64,000 nt of DNA from positions 5,082,740 to 5,146,739 of the forward strand of contig CM119263.1 in the NCBI GenBank assembly GCA_051294375.1. Reading direction: 5' to 3'. A program made the position numbers and the translations under genes. Shown one piece after another: positions 32,428-45,596 of this stretch (positions are counted from its first letter, which is position 1; the number at the start of each line of letters is the position of its first letter). This stretch comes from Paraspadella gotoi. Taxonomy: Eukaryota > Animalia > Chaetognatha. Below the pieces are notes generated by a model. That model worked only from the letters and a program-made list of their open reading frames with translations. It was not told the DNA's origin and ran no database searches.

Positions 32428-32470
<43 letters not shown>

Positions 32471-32497
32471 GTCTCTCTCTCTCTCTCTCTCTGCTCT

Positions 32498-32614
<117 letters not shown>

Positions 32615-33654
32615 CTTGTCTCTGCTCTCGGGGGGCTCGGGTGGCTGCTGCGGGGGGGGGGGGGGGCCCGGCGGCGGCGGCGGGTGCGGGGTGCCGCGGG
32701 AGCGGTGGGGCGCGCGCGGCGGGCGCCCTGGCGGGGGCGGGGGGCGGGGCGGGAGGCTCGGGGCCGTCGCTTCTGCTCCGTGCTCGGGCGAGTCGCGTCG
32801 GTGGCTCTGCGTCTCGGCGGCGTCGGGGCGCGTCGCGGGCGGGCGGGGGCGGTCGGGGGGGCTCGTCTCTCGGGTCCCGGGCGGGGGCCCGCGTGCGGGG
32901 GGCGAGGCTGGGGGCGGGCGCGGCGCGCGGGGTGCCGGGGGGCGGCGAGCCTCCAGGCCGCCGCGGGGCGCTTTTTTGTGTTGGGGTGCGCGGCGGACAG
33001 GGCGTGGAGGTTTAGGGTTGGTGTGAGACCGGGGAGACGGTGCGGGTCGCAGGGGGCGAGAGGGACGAGGAGGCAGGGAGATCTCTACCAGGTGAGCGTG
33101 GGGGCGGGCCTCGCGGCGCGGTCGAGGTTAGCGGGGGTGGGGCGGCCGCAGGGGTCAGGTGGGCAGGGCAGTGGGCCGAGTTTTTCGTCGGTGGCTGGGG
33201 TCGCGGCGGCGCGGCGGGGGGGGCGGGCGGGGGCTGGGCGGTGGGCGTGGGGGCGGGCGGGTGGCGGCGGGGGCTCCGGGGGGGGGCTCTCTCGTCGGCG
33301 TGCCGGGTCGCGGGCCGCGGAGGGCGGTCTCTCCTGCTCATCTCTCATTCTCATCCTCTTCTCTCTCTCTCTCATCTCTCTCTCTCTCTTTCTTTCTCTC
33401 ATCTCCCTCCCCCCCCACTTTCTCTCTCTATTTCGCTCTCTCCCTTTCTCTCTCCTTTCCTTTCTATGGGTAAACATTGAAATTGTAAACCAGATACATA
33501 CATACATGGTAATTTTATTGTTACTCTCTCTCTCTCTTTCTCTCTCATGCTTTATTTGCTTTTTTCGCTTTGTCTCGTTTCCGATGGAGAACAGATTTTT
33601 AGCTTTTTATTTGTTCAGCGACGATAAATCTCAATTGTCCGTCACTGAAAAAAA

Positions 33655-34180
33655 AGACTGTCGCTGCACCTGTCGCTACACCTAATGTTGCATCTGTCGC
33701 TGCATCTGTCGCTGCACCTAATATTGCACCTAATGTCGCATCTGCACCTGCACATGCTTTAGCCATTTACCTTTTTTGCCATTTTTCACTTTTACCATAT
33801 CCCTCTTTACCATTTCCCTCTATATCTCTCTTTTACCATTTCCCGCCATTTCTTGCTTTTACCACCTCCCGCCTTTTCTCTCTTTTACCATCTCCCGCCT
33901 TTTCTCTCTTTTACCATCTCCCACCATTTCTTTCTTTTTTTTCCATTCCCCACCCAATTTCTTTCTTTACCATCTCCGCCATTTCTCTCTTTACGATCTC
34001 CCGTCATTTCTCTCTTTTACCATTTCCAGCCATTTCTTGCTTTTATCATCTCCCCCATTTCTTGCTTTTACCATTCCCGCCATTTCCCGTCATTTCTTGC
34101 TTTTACCATCTCCCGCCATTTCTAGCTTTTACCATCTCCCGCCTTTTCTCTCTTTTACCATTTCCCACTTTGCCATTTGC
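33655..34180. repeat. 12-bp (TGCATCTGTCGC) array followed by a ~25-bp (TTTTACCATCTCCCGCCATTTCTCTC) minisatellite
   Basis: Degenerate tandem units visible directly. Confidence 0.8.
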
Positions 34181-35007
34181 CGGTTTCGTCACTCGGACGC
34201 CAAATGAACTTTGACCTTGAATCTCGGATTCCATTCGATTTCGTCTCCTTTTTCCTTTTTTCTTTCCTTTTTTCTTTCCTTTTTTCTTTCGTTTATTATC
34301 TCCTTCCTCCACTTAGTAGTCTCCTTTCTTTCTTTAATCTTTTCCTCGTTTTTTTCCCCTTTTTTTCTTCTTCCTCCTCTTTCTCTTTTTTTTTTTACTT
34401 AAACTATGATTTATTCTTTCTTTCGTTTTCTTATCTCCTTTTTTTTTTTCCTTTTCTTTTCCTTTTTTTCCTTTTTAATTTTTTTGTTCCTTTTTTTTGC
34501 TTTTTTTGTCTCTATCTCATTCTTTCTTCAAGTTTTCTCCAATATTTTTTTTATATTTCCTATTCAATGCGCTTTTTCTTATTTATCTGTTTTTTATTAA
34601 ACCGTATCAGTCTATTTGATAAATTTAAGTTGTTTTACAACTCATTTAAATTAACCAAGCGAATTTTCCGTAAATGAGCTTTGCTTTCGATTCGATTAAT
34701 CTGGATTTTAAGAGAAATTTTTTGCGTTATTTTATATATGAGTAATAATATTATAATTCAAAGATTTTTTGTCATTTATCTAACAAAAATAAAAATGAAT
34801 AGTTACGGTCTTTGATTTTAATTTAATCATTTCATTTTTTTAATCAAAAGGGGTTTTTTTAGTTAATTTTATATCTTTATTCCAACGTTGAAAACTTTAT
34901 CAACTTTCCGATTCCTAAAGTTGTTAATTCATTAATTGGACCATTACCTCGACCATTATTTAGACCATTACTCCTACCATTACTCCCACCATTAGCTTAG
35001 TACTCAC

Positions 35008-35466
35008 TTGTCCACCAACGGCGGCTGCCAGGTAATTGGTGTAGATGAATGGGTAGACGAGGGAGGAGTCGGCGGTCTCGGACCCCAGGTACATTGTCGC
35101 CGTTGTCATTAGCCCTTTCCTCTGATTGGCTGACACCCGCTGTTCGACGAACGCTCGCTGATTGGCTGACAACGGCTGATCGACGCTCGCTCGCTGATTG
35201 TGTGACACTCGCTGATCGACTCACGCTCGCTGATTGGCTGACAAGCGCTGATCGACGCCGGCTCGCTGACGGCTGACACCCGCTGATTGGTTGATGTCTG
35301 CCGATTATTGGCTGAAAAGCGCTGATTAACTGCAAGGTCGCGATTAAAATTTTCCGCGCGCTGATTGGTCGTGATGATAAAAAAAAGGGGGCAAAGACGC
35401 CTTGTGATTGGTCGCGTGTTTGTGATGAATCGATGGGTGATTATTTATGATTCGTCCTGTGATTGG
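35008..35466 (-). CDS. Candidate exon with 36-bp (SANQRAxVDQRV) repeats ending ...MYLGSETADSSLVYPFIYTNYLAAAVGGQ
   Basis: Acceptor ctcccag, perfect donor GTGAGT at 35007, 459 nt. Full-length reading needs two compensating indels and crosses one TGA. Confidence 0.4.
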
Positions 35467-36142
35467 CTGGGAGATTTTAGGTGGTAAGTGGGGGAGGAAA
35501 GTTTAGGCTCGGGATGGCGTTGGGGATAGAGAGTTAGAAAGAGATAGATAGAGAGAGGGGGGGAAAGAGAGAAAAATTGAGAAAGAGAGAGAGAGAGAGA
35601 GAGTGAAAGTTATACGAAAGAGAAGATATCGACGTTGACGAAGTTAATTTTACATCCAGTAACAAAAATTCACTGAGTTTTGTTTTCCCTTTTTCCTTTT
35701 ACTGTTTTTTTTTTTATTTGTTTTTTTTTATTTTTGTTAAATATTTTTACGATAAAATGTTACCAGGATCGAGACTGAAGGGCGAACTTTAACGATGAAG
35801 ATTCGGAAAAAACGAGAAGGAATTTTGTAAAATTGTTTTGTTGTCTTTTTTTTTCGGTATAAAGCGCCAAATTGAAATTAGAGTTTTTGTATGTAAATAT
35901 ATATTTTTTTAAAAAACAAGATGTAAAAAAAAACGAAAAACTTTTCGCTCGTTGCTGCTTTTAATTATCCGGCGATTTATTATTTGTTATTTAATTTTTT
36001 TATTTTCATTGGCGATTTTTTTTTAATATCGATCGCGATGGTCGGCGAAATTTAGCCAAATGTCGTTTACGGATTTAAAACTCCTGAAAACCTGAAAAGA
36101 AATAGAATGAAGGTATTAGTGTAAATGAAGTGAGAGAGACAG

Positions 36143-36192
<50 letters not shown>

Positions 36193-36193
36193 T

Positions 36194-36226
<33 letters not shown>

Positions 36227-36293
36227 ATTTTCGCAAAGAAAAATCGGAGATACAAAAATTAATAAATAAAAGAGAAATAATTTCGTTCGTGAA

Positions 36294-36358
<65 letters not shown>

Positions 36359-36812
36359 ATTCGTTCGTGACTTTGAGGTTTTTTTTTATCGCGGGATTTT
36401 CTTTCTCCTCCTCCTCCTCCTCCTCCTCCTCCTTTTTTCTCATCTTCTTTTATTCTTTTCTTCTTTCCTTTCCTCCCTCTTCCTCCTATCCTCCCTCTTT
36501 CTCCCTTTTCCTCCTCTCCTCCCCTTTTCCTCCCTCACTTCCCTCCCTCTCCTTCTTTCGTCACCATAAAATGACCTCTTAGGCTCATATATTGATTCCT
36601 TCTTCTTCCTTTTCTTTCCTCCAACCAAAGTGATTCATTATTATTTTTTCATTTCGCTACATCTACATATACGTCTTTCTTTCTGGATTTCCTTTCTCTT
36701 TCTCTCTTTCTTTCTTTGGTTCTTTGTCTTTTTCTCTTTGTTTCTTTGTTTTTTTTCTCTTTTCCTTCTTTATTTCTTTCTCTAGTTTTCTATCTCTTTC
36801 TTTCTTTCTTTC

Positions 36813-37561
36813 TTTTTAGTCGGATCTGCTTATCAGCAGATCCGACTCTATAACTCACTTTTTCGGTCCGTCGCGTCCGCCCCCTCAATATTGTCCGGGC
36901 ACACACTTATATCATGTCAGAACATCGAATTATTGATAAATTATGCAAAAAAAATGATGTCCGTCCGGTCCGTCTGTCTGTCCGTCCGTCCGTCCGTCCG
37001 TCCGTCCGTCCGTCCGTCCCACCTTAGCAAAAAACTCCAATTACCCCGTGATTGATGGATGATTGGTATGAAAATTTTGTGTTGTGGGGTAGGAAACTTG
37101 TGTGATTGAGATGATATGAAGTTTCGAGGGAATCGTGCGAGTGGAAATTGGCTTAAATGGAAAAAAACAAAAAAATATATTTCACTATTTGAACGCCAAT
37201 TGCTCATGAGTGGAAGTGCAATTGACTTGAAATTTTGTATGATGGTAGGAAAGTGTGTGATTGAGCCGGATATAAAGTTTCGATGGAATCGTGCGAGTGG
37301 AAATGAGTTAAAATGCGAAAAAACAAAAGTCATATATACTTGAAGTATTTTTTACTTAAATTTACTCATAATTATTTTGTTTATTAAAAATTGGATAGAT
37401 AAATCGAAATTGAATTTTGGTGTGGGGAAGGAAAGTATGTGATAAAGCTGGATAAAAATTTTTTGATTGGAATCGTTAGGAGTGGAAAAGAGTTCAAATT
37501 AGAAAACCAAAGACACATTTATTTGAATTTTTTAAAGTTTCTCTCTCTCTCTCTCTGATTG

Positions 37562-37619
<58 letters not shown>

Positions 37620-39555
37620 CCAAATTATGCTAATTGACCAAATTATGGCCAGTTGACCAAATTCTGCAAGTTAATCAAGTTTTGCAAGTTGACCAAACTA
37701 TGCCTGTTGACCAAATTAGGCTAGTTGATAAAAATTATGCCAGTTAACCAAATTATGCCGGTTGACCAAATTATCTTAATTGATCAAATTATGTCAGTTG
37801 ACCAAATTATGTCAGTTGACCAAATTATGTCAGTAGACCAAATTATGTCAGTTAACCCAATTATGTCAGTTGACCAAATTATGCAAGTGATTAAATTATG
37901 CAAATTGACCAAGATAGCTTATTACCACTTAATTATCGATTGACCTGGAATTTTGTATGTGAGTAGAAAAGTGTGTGATTGAACAGGAAACCAAGTTTCG
38001 ATGGAATCTTTCAGGTGGAAATGAGTTTAAATGAGAAAAACAAAAAACTGTTTCACTAATTGATAATGCTTCTTTTCCTTTTATATTACAATGTATATGC
38101 AGGATGTATTAATAGGTCAAATAATTAATCAGTTAATTAATCAATTAGTCAATTAATTAACTACATAATAATTAATCAGCTCAATCAATCCGTCCATCCG
38201 TCCACCTTTAGCAAAAAGCTCCAATAACTCGTTTTTGGCTGGTTGGATTGAAATGAAATTTTGATGTGTGGGTAGGAAAGTGTGTGATAAAGGCTGGATA
38301 TAAGTTTCGACGGAATGTGTGAGTGGAAATGAGTTTAAGTGGGAAAAAACATAAGTCGCATTTACTAAAATCTTTTTACTTATTTTAACCATAAAGTACT
38401 TCTAATTAATCATAATTGGAACTGGGATAGATGAGTTACAAATTTTTTGTTGTGGGTAGAAAAATGTGTATCGATGCTTCGATATAAAGTTTCGCGTGGA
38501 AACGTACGAGTGGAAATGAGTTAATGAAAACAAATATGGAGTCCATTTACTTGAATCTTTTTACTTATTTTAACCATAATAGATTGACGTGAATTTATGT
38601 GAGCGGGTAGGAAGTGTGTGAAAAAGCTAGATATATAAAGTTTTGACGGAATTGTGCCAGTGGAAAATGAGTTTAAATGAAAAAAAAAAAATAAGTCACA
38701 TTACTTGAAGCCAGAAAAATGTATCAAGTTAAAAAAAATCCTAAAAGCATAAGGATCGTCGCATTGGCAAAAGCAAAGAGAGAGAGAGAGAGAAGAGAAG
38801 AGTAGAGAGAGAGAAGAGAGGAGAGAGAGAGATGAGAGGAGAGACGAGGACGATGAGAGAGAGAGAGAGAGAGGAGAGCAGTGAAATGAGCATAGGATCG
38901 TCGCAATTTCAAGAGAGAGAGAGACGGAGAGAGGAGAGAGAGGAGAGAGAGGGGGGAGAGAGGAAGAGAAGAGAAAGATAGAAACGAGATCCCGAGAAGT
39001 CCGAGTATAAAAATTAGCGAAATAAAAAGTTGTTATTTTACTCACTGAAATAAAAATACTTTAAAATACTTACAAAATAATAAAATTGATTAAATATATT
39101 ATCCGATAACATTGTTTAATCACATGCATATATCTAGTAACCTAATATCTACGTAGGCGCGGCCAAAATTGAACACTTTTTATAACTTTCTAGTTCTCTT
39201 TAAATTTTTTGTTTCTTTGTACTACTAAATCGATTTTCAATAAACTTTTGAATTAGTTCATTGGGTTGTTGCACTGAACTTTTAAATATTTATTATAATA
39301 TTAATTATTTATACTAAAGTATGACGGATTGGTTGCAGGGGAAATTGAGTTTAGATGGAAAAAAACATAAGTCAATTTACTTGAATCTTTATATTAATTG
39401 ATTACTAATAAATGTTTTTAATTAATTAATTGAATTAATTCAATTAATTAATGTGAAAAAATGATGCAAAGTTAAAAAAAATCTGAAAAGCATAAAGATC
39501 GTGCAATTGCAGAAAAAAGAGAGAGAGAGAGAGAGAGAGAAGAGAGAGGAGAGAG

Positions 39556-39587
<32 letters not shown>

Positions 39588-39865
39588 TAGAGAGAGAGAG
39601 AGAGTGATAGTGAGAGAGAGAGAGAGAAGGAGACAATAAAATAAAAATAAGGTATTTGTTTGTTTTGATAAAATGTAAACAAACATATTTAATAACTGTC
39701 CTAACCCAATTTTTAAGGACATCGATGATTGATAAGGAATATAAATTTAAAATTAATTATTACATATTAAAATTAGATTAATACTTAATTAATTAATAAT
39801 CGATTAATTAATTAATTTAATGTTAATTATCGTAGGCAGATCCGACATTGTTGCTCAAACTTGTT
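36813..39865 (+). mobile_element. Helentron/DINE-1-like (HINE-type) non-autonomous element with internal tandem arrays
   Basis: T-run followed by a 13-bp-arm hairpin AGTCGGATCTGCT-TATC-AGCAGATCCGACT (36818-36847). (GTCC/GTCT)n at ~36958-37020. Several ~170-bp degenerate internal repeats (GAAATTTTG..GTAGGAAAGTGTGTGA..AAGTTTCGATGGAATC..GAGTGGAAATGAGTT). Distal sub-terminal inverted repeat GCAGATCCGAC at 39836-39846 followed by ACTTGTTTTT. Confidence 0.7.
37615..37912. repeat. 18-bp minisatellite (GTTGACCAAATTATGTCA)n preceded by (GATT)n
   Basis: Roughly 16 degenerate units; source of the VDQIMS ORF. Confidence 0.9.
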
Positions 39866-39936
39866 TTTCTTTCTTTCTTTCTTTAAACTCCACCCGCTCA
39901 TCAAACCCTTCCCAAGTGTCCCTGCCTCAGTCTCCA

Positions 39937-40006
<70 letters not shown>

Positions 40007-40053
40007 CTTCTTCTCTCTCTCTTCTCTCTCTCTCTCTCTCTCTCTCCCCAAAG

Positions 40054-40182
40054 TCAACCCCAGACTTGAATCCCCATTGGTTCTCGTCGAATCATTAACA
40101 CAAATGCAAATCAATGGAAAAGTCACAGGAGGACATGGACATGGACATGGACATGGACATGGACATGGACATGGTGGACAAG
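40054..40182 (+). CDS. Candidate internal exon with (Gly-His)7 tract: NPRLESPLVLVESLTQMQINGKVTGGHGHGHGHGHGHGHGGQ
   Basis: (CT)n tract ending ccccaaag, open frame, 129 nt (phase 1/1), strong donor AG|GTAAGC at 40183. An alternative frame gives MEKSQED(MD)nMVDK. Confidence 0.5.
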
Positions 40183-40277
40183 GTAAGCATGGTGAGAGAA
40201 CGCCTTGTTTTCATGGACTTAATATTTGTCTAATTTTGTTTGTTAACATTTTTTCAATGACATCGTTAATATTATAG

Positions 40278-40300
40278 GATTTTGTATTACCACCAACTAC
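40278..40300 (+). CDS. Candidate 23-nt micro-exon (G)FCITTNY
   Basis: Acceptor tattatag and donor GTATGT. A 95-nt intron from the previous candidate exon keeps the frame open. Confidence 0.45.
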
Positions 40301-41007
40301 GTATGTTTAGCGCGAAAAATAATACGTGATGCCCCGCGCGTCGAAGCCTTGATGCAAGCGCTGCGTGTAGCGCATGTATCTTCGCTGCGTGCCGCTCGCT
40401 GCGTGCACCGCGTCTTTCTAACGACTATTGGCGTCTAGAATTGCGTCTCGTCGTCATCGTCGTCATCGACGTCGTCATCATCGTCTTCGTCATCATCGTC
40501 TTCGTCATCATGATCATAGTCGTCAACTTCGTCATTGTCATCGGTTTTAAGCGTCATCATTACCATTGTCATCGTCGTCGTCATCGTCCACATCATGGCC
40601 ATCTTCATCATCATCGTCGTCATCTCTGCTTTCGTCCCGAAGGCGAAACTTTGAACATAAATACGATTCGATCAACATAAAACAAGAAAAAAAAATTCTT
40701 TTGGCGCTCATCCTACCGTGAACGCCAGTGGAGACTCCTGGCGGGAGAATGTGGCGACGATGTGGACGATGACGAAGACGACTAAGACGATGATGATGAT
40801 GATAATGATGATGACGATGATGAAGACAACAATGACGATTTTTTGACAATGAAGACGATGTAACAACAACAACTCGAAAATCATAGATGATGACGATGAC
40901 GATGAAGACGATAATGATGACAACGACGACGATGAAGACAACGATAATAATGCTATCTTCGACGACTACGATGACAAAGTTGATAATGACGACGACGACG
41001 ATGAAAA

Positions 41008-41043
<36 letters not shown>

Positions 41044-41748
41044 TGATGACGACAGCCCGCAACCCACGTAGATGGAAAAGCGAGTCGGCCGTTGCTAGGA
41101 GACGAAGACTCAAACCGCAGTTAATCTGCGGTTAATGTGCCTAAAAACGCTGGTTATGCGCGTAGCGAATTGGGGTAAGGCCGATTAGAATTGGGGTAAG
41201 GTCGCAGTTTGAAATTGGGCTGATATTTTGAGAGAGGAACGGTAGGGGTAAGTTCTTAAATCACAGGTGAGGAAATCAGACCAAAGGCGGAAATTAATCC
41301 TGATGATTCGAACCAAAACGTAATGTAATTTTAAACGTGTTTCGAAAATTCGGGATGAAAATGTTCAAAACTTAATTTTTAAAAATTTAAAAATGACAAA
41401 GAAAAAAAGAAAATTAAAAAATATAAAAAGAAAAAAAGATAAAAAGGAAAAAGATAAAAAGAAAAACAAAACATCACAAAAAATAAAAAAAAGATTAACG
41501 CTCGAAGTCAAAACATCACAAACTCCGAGGATCCATCTGTTCGGATCCAACCTCCAAAACAGCCAGAGTCACTACGATCAACAAAACAGAAAGCGGCCTC
41601 GAAAAACCGCCTACGAGTGAAAGGCTTAAATAAAAATACCACTCTCTCTTTCTCTCTTTCTCTCTCTCTCTCTGTCTCACTCTCTGCTACTCTCTCTCTG
41701 TTTTCGCTTTTTCTGCGTCTATGTTTTCTTTCTCTCTCTCTCTTTTCT

Positions 41749-41786
<38 letters not shown>

Positions 41787-42620
41787 ATTTCCATTTAAGC
41801 GCGAATTTTGTGAAAGGCCTTGAACATAGAATTCTTTGGACGATAAAGTTGCTCCATCGCTGTAGCAAAGACGACGCTGAGAAAAAAACAAGAATATAAC
41901 TGGCCCAATACTTTTTTTTTTCATCTGTTTTATCTTCTTTTTTTTTTCTTATATATTTTTTCGAGTTTCTTAATCTTTAACTGTTTTCTTTCTTTCATGT
42001 ACAATTAACTTAACAATTAACTTATCGATTCTTTCTTCCTTTTTTTTTTTTTTGATGGATTTTCTTCTTTTTTTCCCTTTTTTTTAAGCCGAGTCATGGA
42101 TACCGCAAAAAAGGATTTAATTAGTCGATATTTTCCTTCCGCGATCGGATTAATCGTCACCTACTGTATAAGTCAAACGAAAATATGAAATCAATAAATG
42201 AATATTAGGGCGAAACTGGTTGAACTGATAGATATTGTTAAAGTTTCTAATAGACATCATAAAAATAATAATGGTTTTGATAATTATTTTATAGCTAAAT
42301 TGGTGGACCCTTTTATCAAATATCTTATTACTAGAGAGAGATAGACAGAGAGAGAGAGAGAGAGAGAGAGAGNNNNNNNNNNNNNNNNNNNNNNNNNNNN
42401 NNNNNNNNNNNNNNNNNNNNNNNNNNNNNNNNNNNNNNNNNNNNNNNNNNNNNNNNNNNNNNNNNNNNNNNNNNNNNNNNNNNNNNNNNNNNNNNNNNNN
42501 NNNNNNNNNNNNNNNNNNNNNNNNNNNNNNNNNNNNNNNNNNNNNNNNNNNNNNNNNNNNNNNNNNNNNNNNNNNNNNNNNNNNNNNNNNNNNNNNNNNN
42601 NNNNNNNNNNNNNNNNNNNN

Positions 42621-42656
<36 letters not shown>

Positions 42657-42719
42657 ATAGCGCCTTTTTTGTCTTTTGTGTATTTTTTTTCTAATTAACG
42701 TTGATGACGCCGGAGACAA

Positions 42720-42753
<34 letters not shown>

Positions 42754-42873
42754 AAACGAAGACGACGATATGAGAAATAAAATATATTTCATCTAAAAAT
42801 AAATGCTTAAAAACAAAACAAATATTTCCTGGATCGGAATTCGAAAACCAAAAAGAGAAAAATTCCGGTCGAA

Positions 42874-42948
42874 GTCACGTGACCAGATTTTCGAGTCTTT
42901 GAGTCGGAAAACCGGAATCTCGAAAAAAAGTCACGTGACCAAGAATCT

Positions 42949-42989
<41 letters not shown>

Positions 42990-43043
42990 AACGACGATCG
43001 CATCCTTCGAAATCACGTGATTTTTCTTCTATAGTCACGTGAC
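42874..43043. promoter_or_regulatory. Cluster of palindromic GTCACGTGAC E-boxes (USF/MiT-TFE 'CLEAR'-type)
   Basis: GTCACGTGAC at 42874, 42930 and 43034; ATCACGTGAT at 43012. Confidence 0.5.
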
Positions 43044-43949
43044 GACGATTTCAGTGGAGAAAAAAAAACGCTTTGGCTAAAACGATCTTGATTTATTCTT
43101 TCGCCCCAGTGGTCGCGATTTCTCAAACGATTTCTACCTCCTCTTTCTCCTCTTCCTCCTCCTTATCCTCCTCCTCCTTCTCCTCCTCCTCCTTTTCCTC
43201 CCCCTCGTCTATTCCTTCAACCTTCTTCGGGCAAAACAAGACCTTGATTTCATCCATTTCCTGTTTTTCTCGCGTTTGCACGAGAGAGAGAGANNNNNNN
43301 NNNNNNNNNNNNNNNNNNNNNNNNNNNNNNNNNNNNNNNNNNNNNNNNNNNNNNNNNNNNNNNNNNNNNNNNNNNNNNNNNNNNNNNNNNNNNNNNNNNN
43401 NNNNNNNNNNNNNNNNNNNNNNNNNNNNNNNNNNNNNNNNNNNNNNNNNNNNNNNNNNNNNNNNNNNNNNNNNNNNNNNNNNNNNNNNNNNNNNNNNNNN
43501 NNNNNNNNNNNNNNNNNNNNNNNNNNNNCTTTATTTTCCCCTTATTCTCTTCTTTTCTCTGCCTCTTTATCGAACCCCAATTTTTCCAAACAATTCTGAG
43601 TCCAAAAACTCGTGAAGATTAAATATGTCTGGTGGGTGGTGAGTGGTGAGTGGTGAGTGGTGAGGGGTGAGAGTTGAAACATGTGATGTGTTTAAATAAA
43701 ATTCAATTCAATTCAATTTAATTCAAATCAAATCAAATCAATCACTTCAAAGAAATTGTTCATATGTTCATCCTTTATGTCCTTTTTGCCATTTACTCCT
43801 GTCCCGTCATTTCATAATGTCCTTCAATTCATCTACAATTCCCTTGCATTACCGTGACATAAATTTCGACCCAGCCTCTACCGTTTTCCTCCGTTTACTC
43901 TGCCCATGCCTCTTCCTTATAAAATCAATGCCCCTGCCAATGCACCTTC

Positions 43950-44232
43950 CGTACACCTGCCCCTTCCAGACCTTTACCCTTCCATATCCCGGCCTCTTCC
44001 ATACCATCGCCCCTTCCATACCTCTTCCCTTTCCATACCTCTGCCACTTCCATATCTCTGCCCCTTCCANNNNNNNNNNNNNNNNNNNNNNNNNNNNNNN
44101 NNNNNNNNNNNNNNNNNNNNNNNNNNNNNNNNNNNNNNNNNNNNNNNNNNNNNNNNNNNNNNNNTCTTCCATACCATCGCCCCTTCCATACCTCTGCCCC
44201 TTCCATACCTTTACCCCATACCTTTCCATATC
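43950..44232. repeat. ~19-bp minisatellite (CCCTTCCATACCTCTGCC) spanning an N gap
   Basis: Units lie on both sides of the gap at 44070-44164. Confidence 0.8.
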
Positions 44233-44466
44233 CCTACCACCTTTTCATTTTCCTCCTCGTCTGCCTCTGTTTCTAATGCTCTTCATACAGAGAGATTAAT
44301 GTTTAAAATTTTTCTTTCTCACAAAAATAAAAATTCAGTTTTTGAATTAAATCGTCGATTTTCACTAAAACTTTAAAATTTTCGACGAATCACATAATTT
44401 TTGTCGTTCCCCTCAAAACAAACATTACCACCTCAGCGTATATTTCCATTACTATCTCCCTATTTA

Positions 44467-44512
<46 letters not shown>

Positions 44513-44522
44513 TCTTCTCTCT

Positions 44523-44555
<33 letters not shown>

Positions 44556-45549
44556 TTGGCCCTCCCATGGGCGAAAGAATAAAAACCCGGATTCAACAGG
44601 CAGGTGAGAACGATAGAGACTGATGTCGACGACGACGACGACGACGACGACGACTTCGCGCCACGGGGAAAAGCTGGAATTGCTTTCAGAGATGATTGGA
44701 ACGAAAAGCGCCGTTTGAGTCGTCGTTATCGGCGCCATCATTGTCGTTTTCATTGTCGTCGTCGTCGTCGTTGAGGAAGTGCCATTTCATTTTTTTTTAA
44801 ATAAAAACATTATTGCTATTTAAATTAAAATGCTATTTGATCGTAAGTTGTATTATATTCTTTCCCTTTTCTGTCTTGCTTAATTGTTAAATTGCATTAC
44901 ATTTCTTTAAAAAACGTTTCTCAAATCCATTTCTTATTCTAAATTAAAATTTTACCAAGGTTGTGCCATTTCAAAATGGCATTTCGTTTCTAATGAGCCG
45001 CCATGTCAATTTAAATGGTTTGCCATGTAATTTAAAGTAGCATGCCATGTAATTTAAACTGGCATTCCGCTCCATTTAGACTCCCTTTTTCGAGATGATC
45101 TCTAAAGCCTCAAAACCTTTAATGTCTCAAACTGATCACAAAACTTAAACTTAATTTTTTCTTTCAAAATTTAAAACGTTTTTGAGAAGATTTTTTCTTT
45201 TTTTGTTTTTTTTTTTTTTTTTTTTCTTTTTTTCATTTCTTTCTTTATCCCAATCATTCTTCCTCGAGTCTTAACCTTTCTTTTTCTTTTCTTTTTCCTA
45301 TTCTTTTCTGCTCTTCCTATCATTTTTTTCTCTTTCCTTCTCTTCTCTTTTCTTTCTTTTTTTTTTCTTTTTTTACTCTTTTCCTCTCTTTCTTTCCATT
45401 TTCTTCTTTTTTCTTTCCTTTTTTTTCTTTTTTGTTCATTGTACTTTTAGTTTTCCCTTTTTAATGTTTGTTTGGTCTTCGTNNNNNNNNNNNNNNNNNN
45501 NNNNNNNGAGGGTCGGTCGGTCGGATCGCTCTCTCTCTTCCCCTCTCTC

Positions 45550-45596
<47 letters not shown>

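Noticed and set aside
37725-37943. ORF with VDQIMS repeats
   Set aside because: It is an 18-bp minisatellite inside a non-autonomous element.
44568-44610. Short ATG..GCAG|GTGAGA candidate exon (MGERIKTRIQQA)
   Set aside because: Only a donor-like site and 12 codons, with no independent support.
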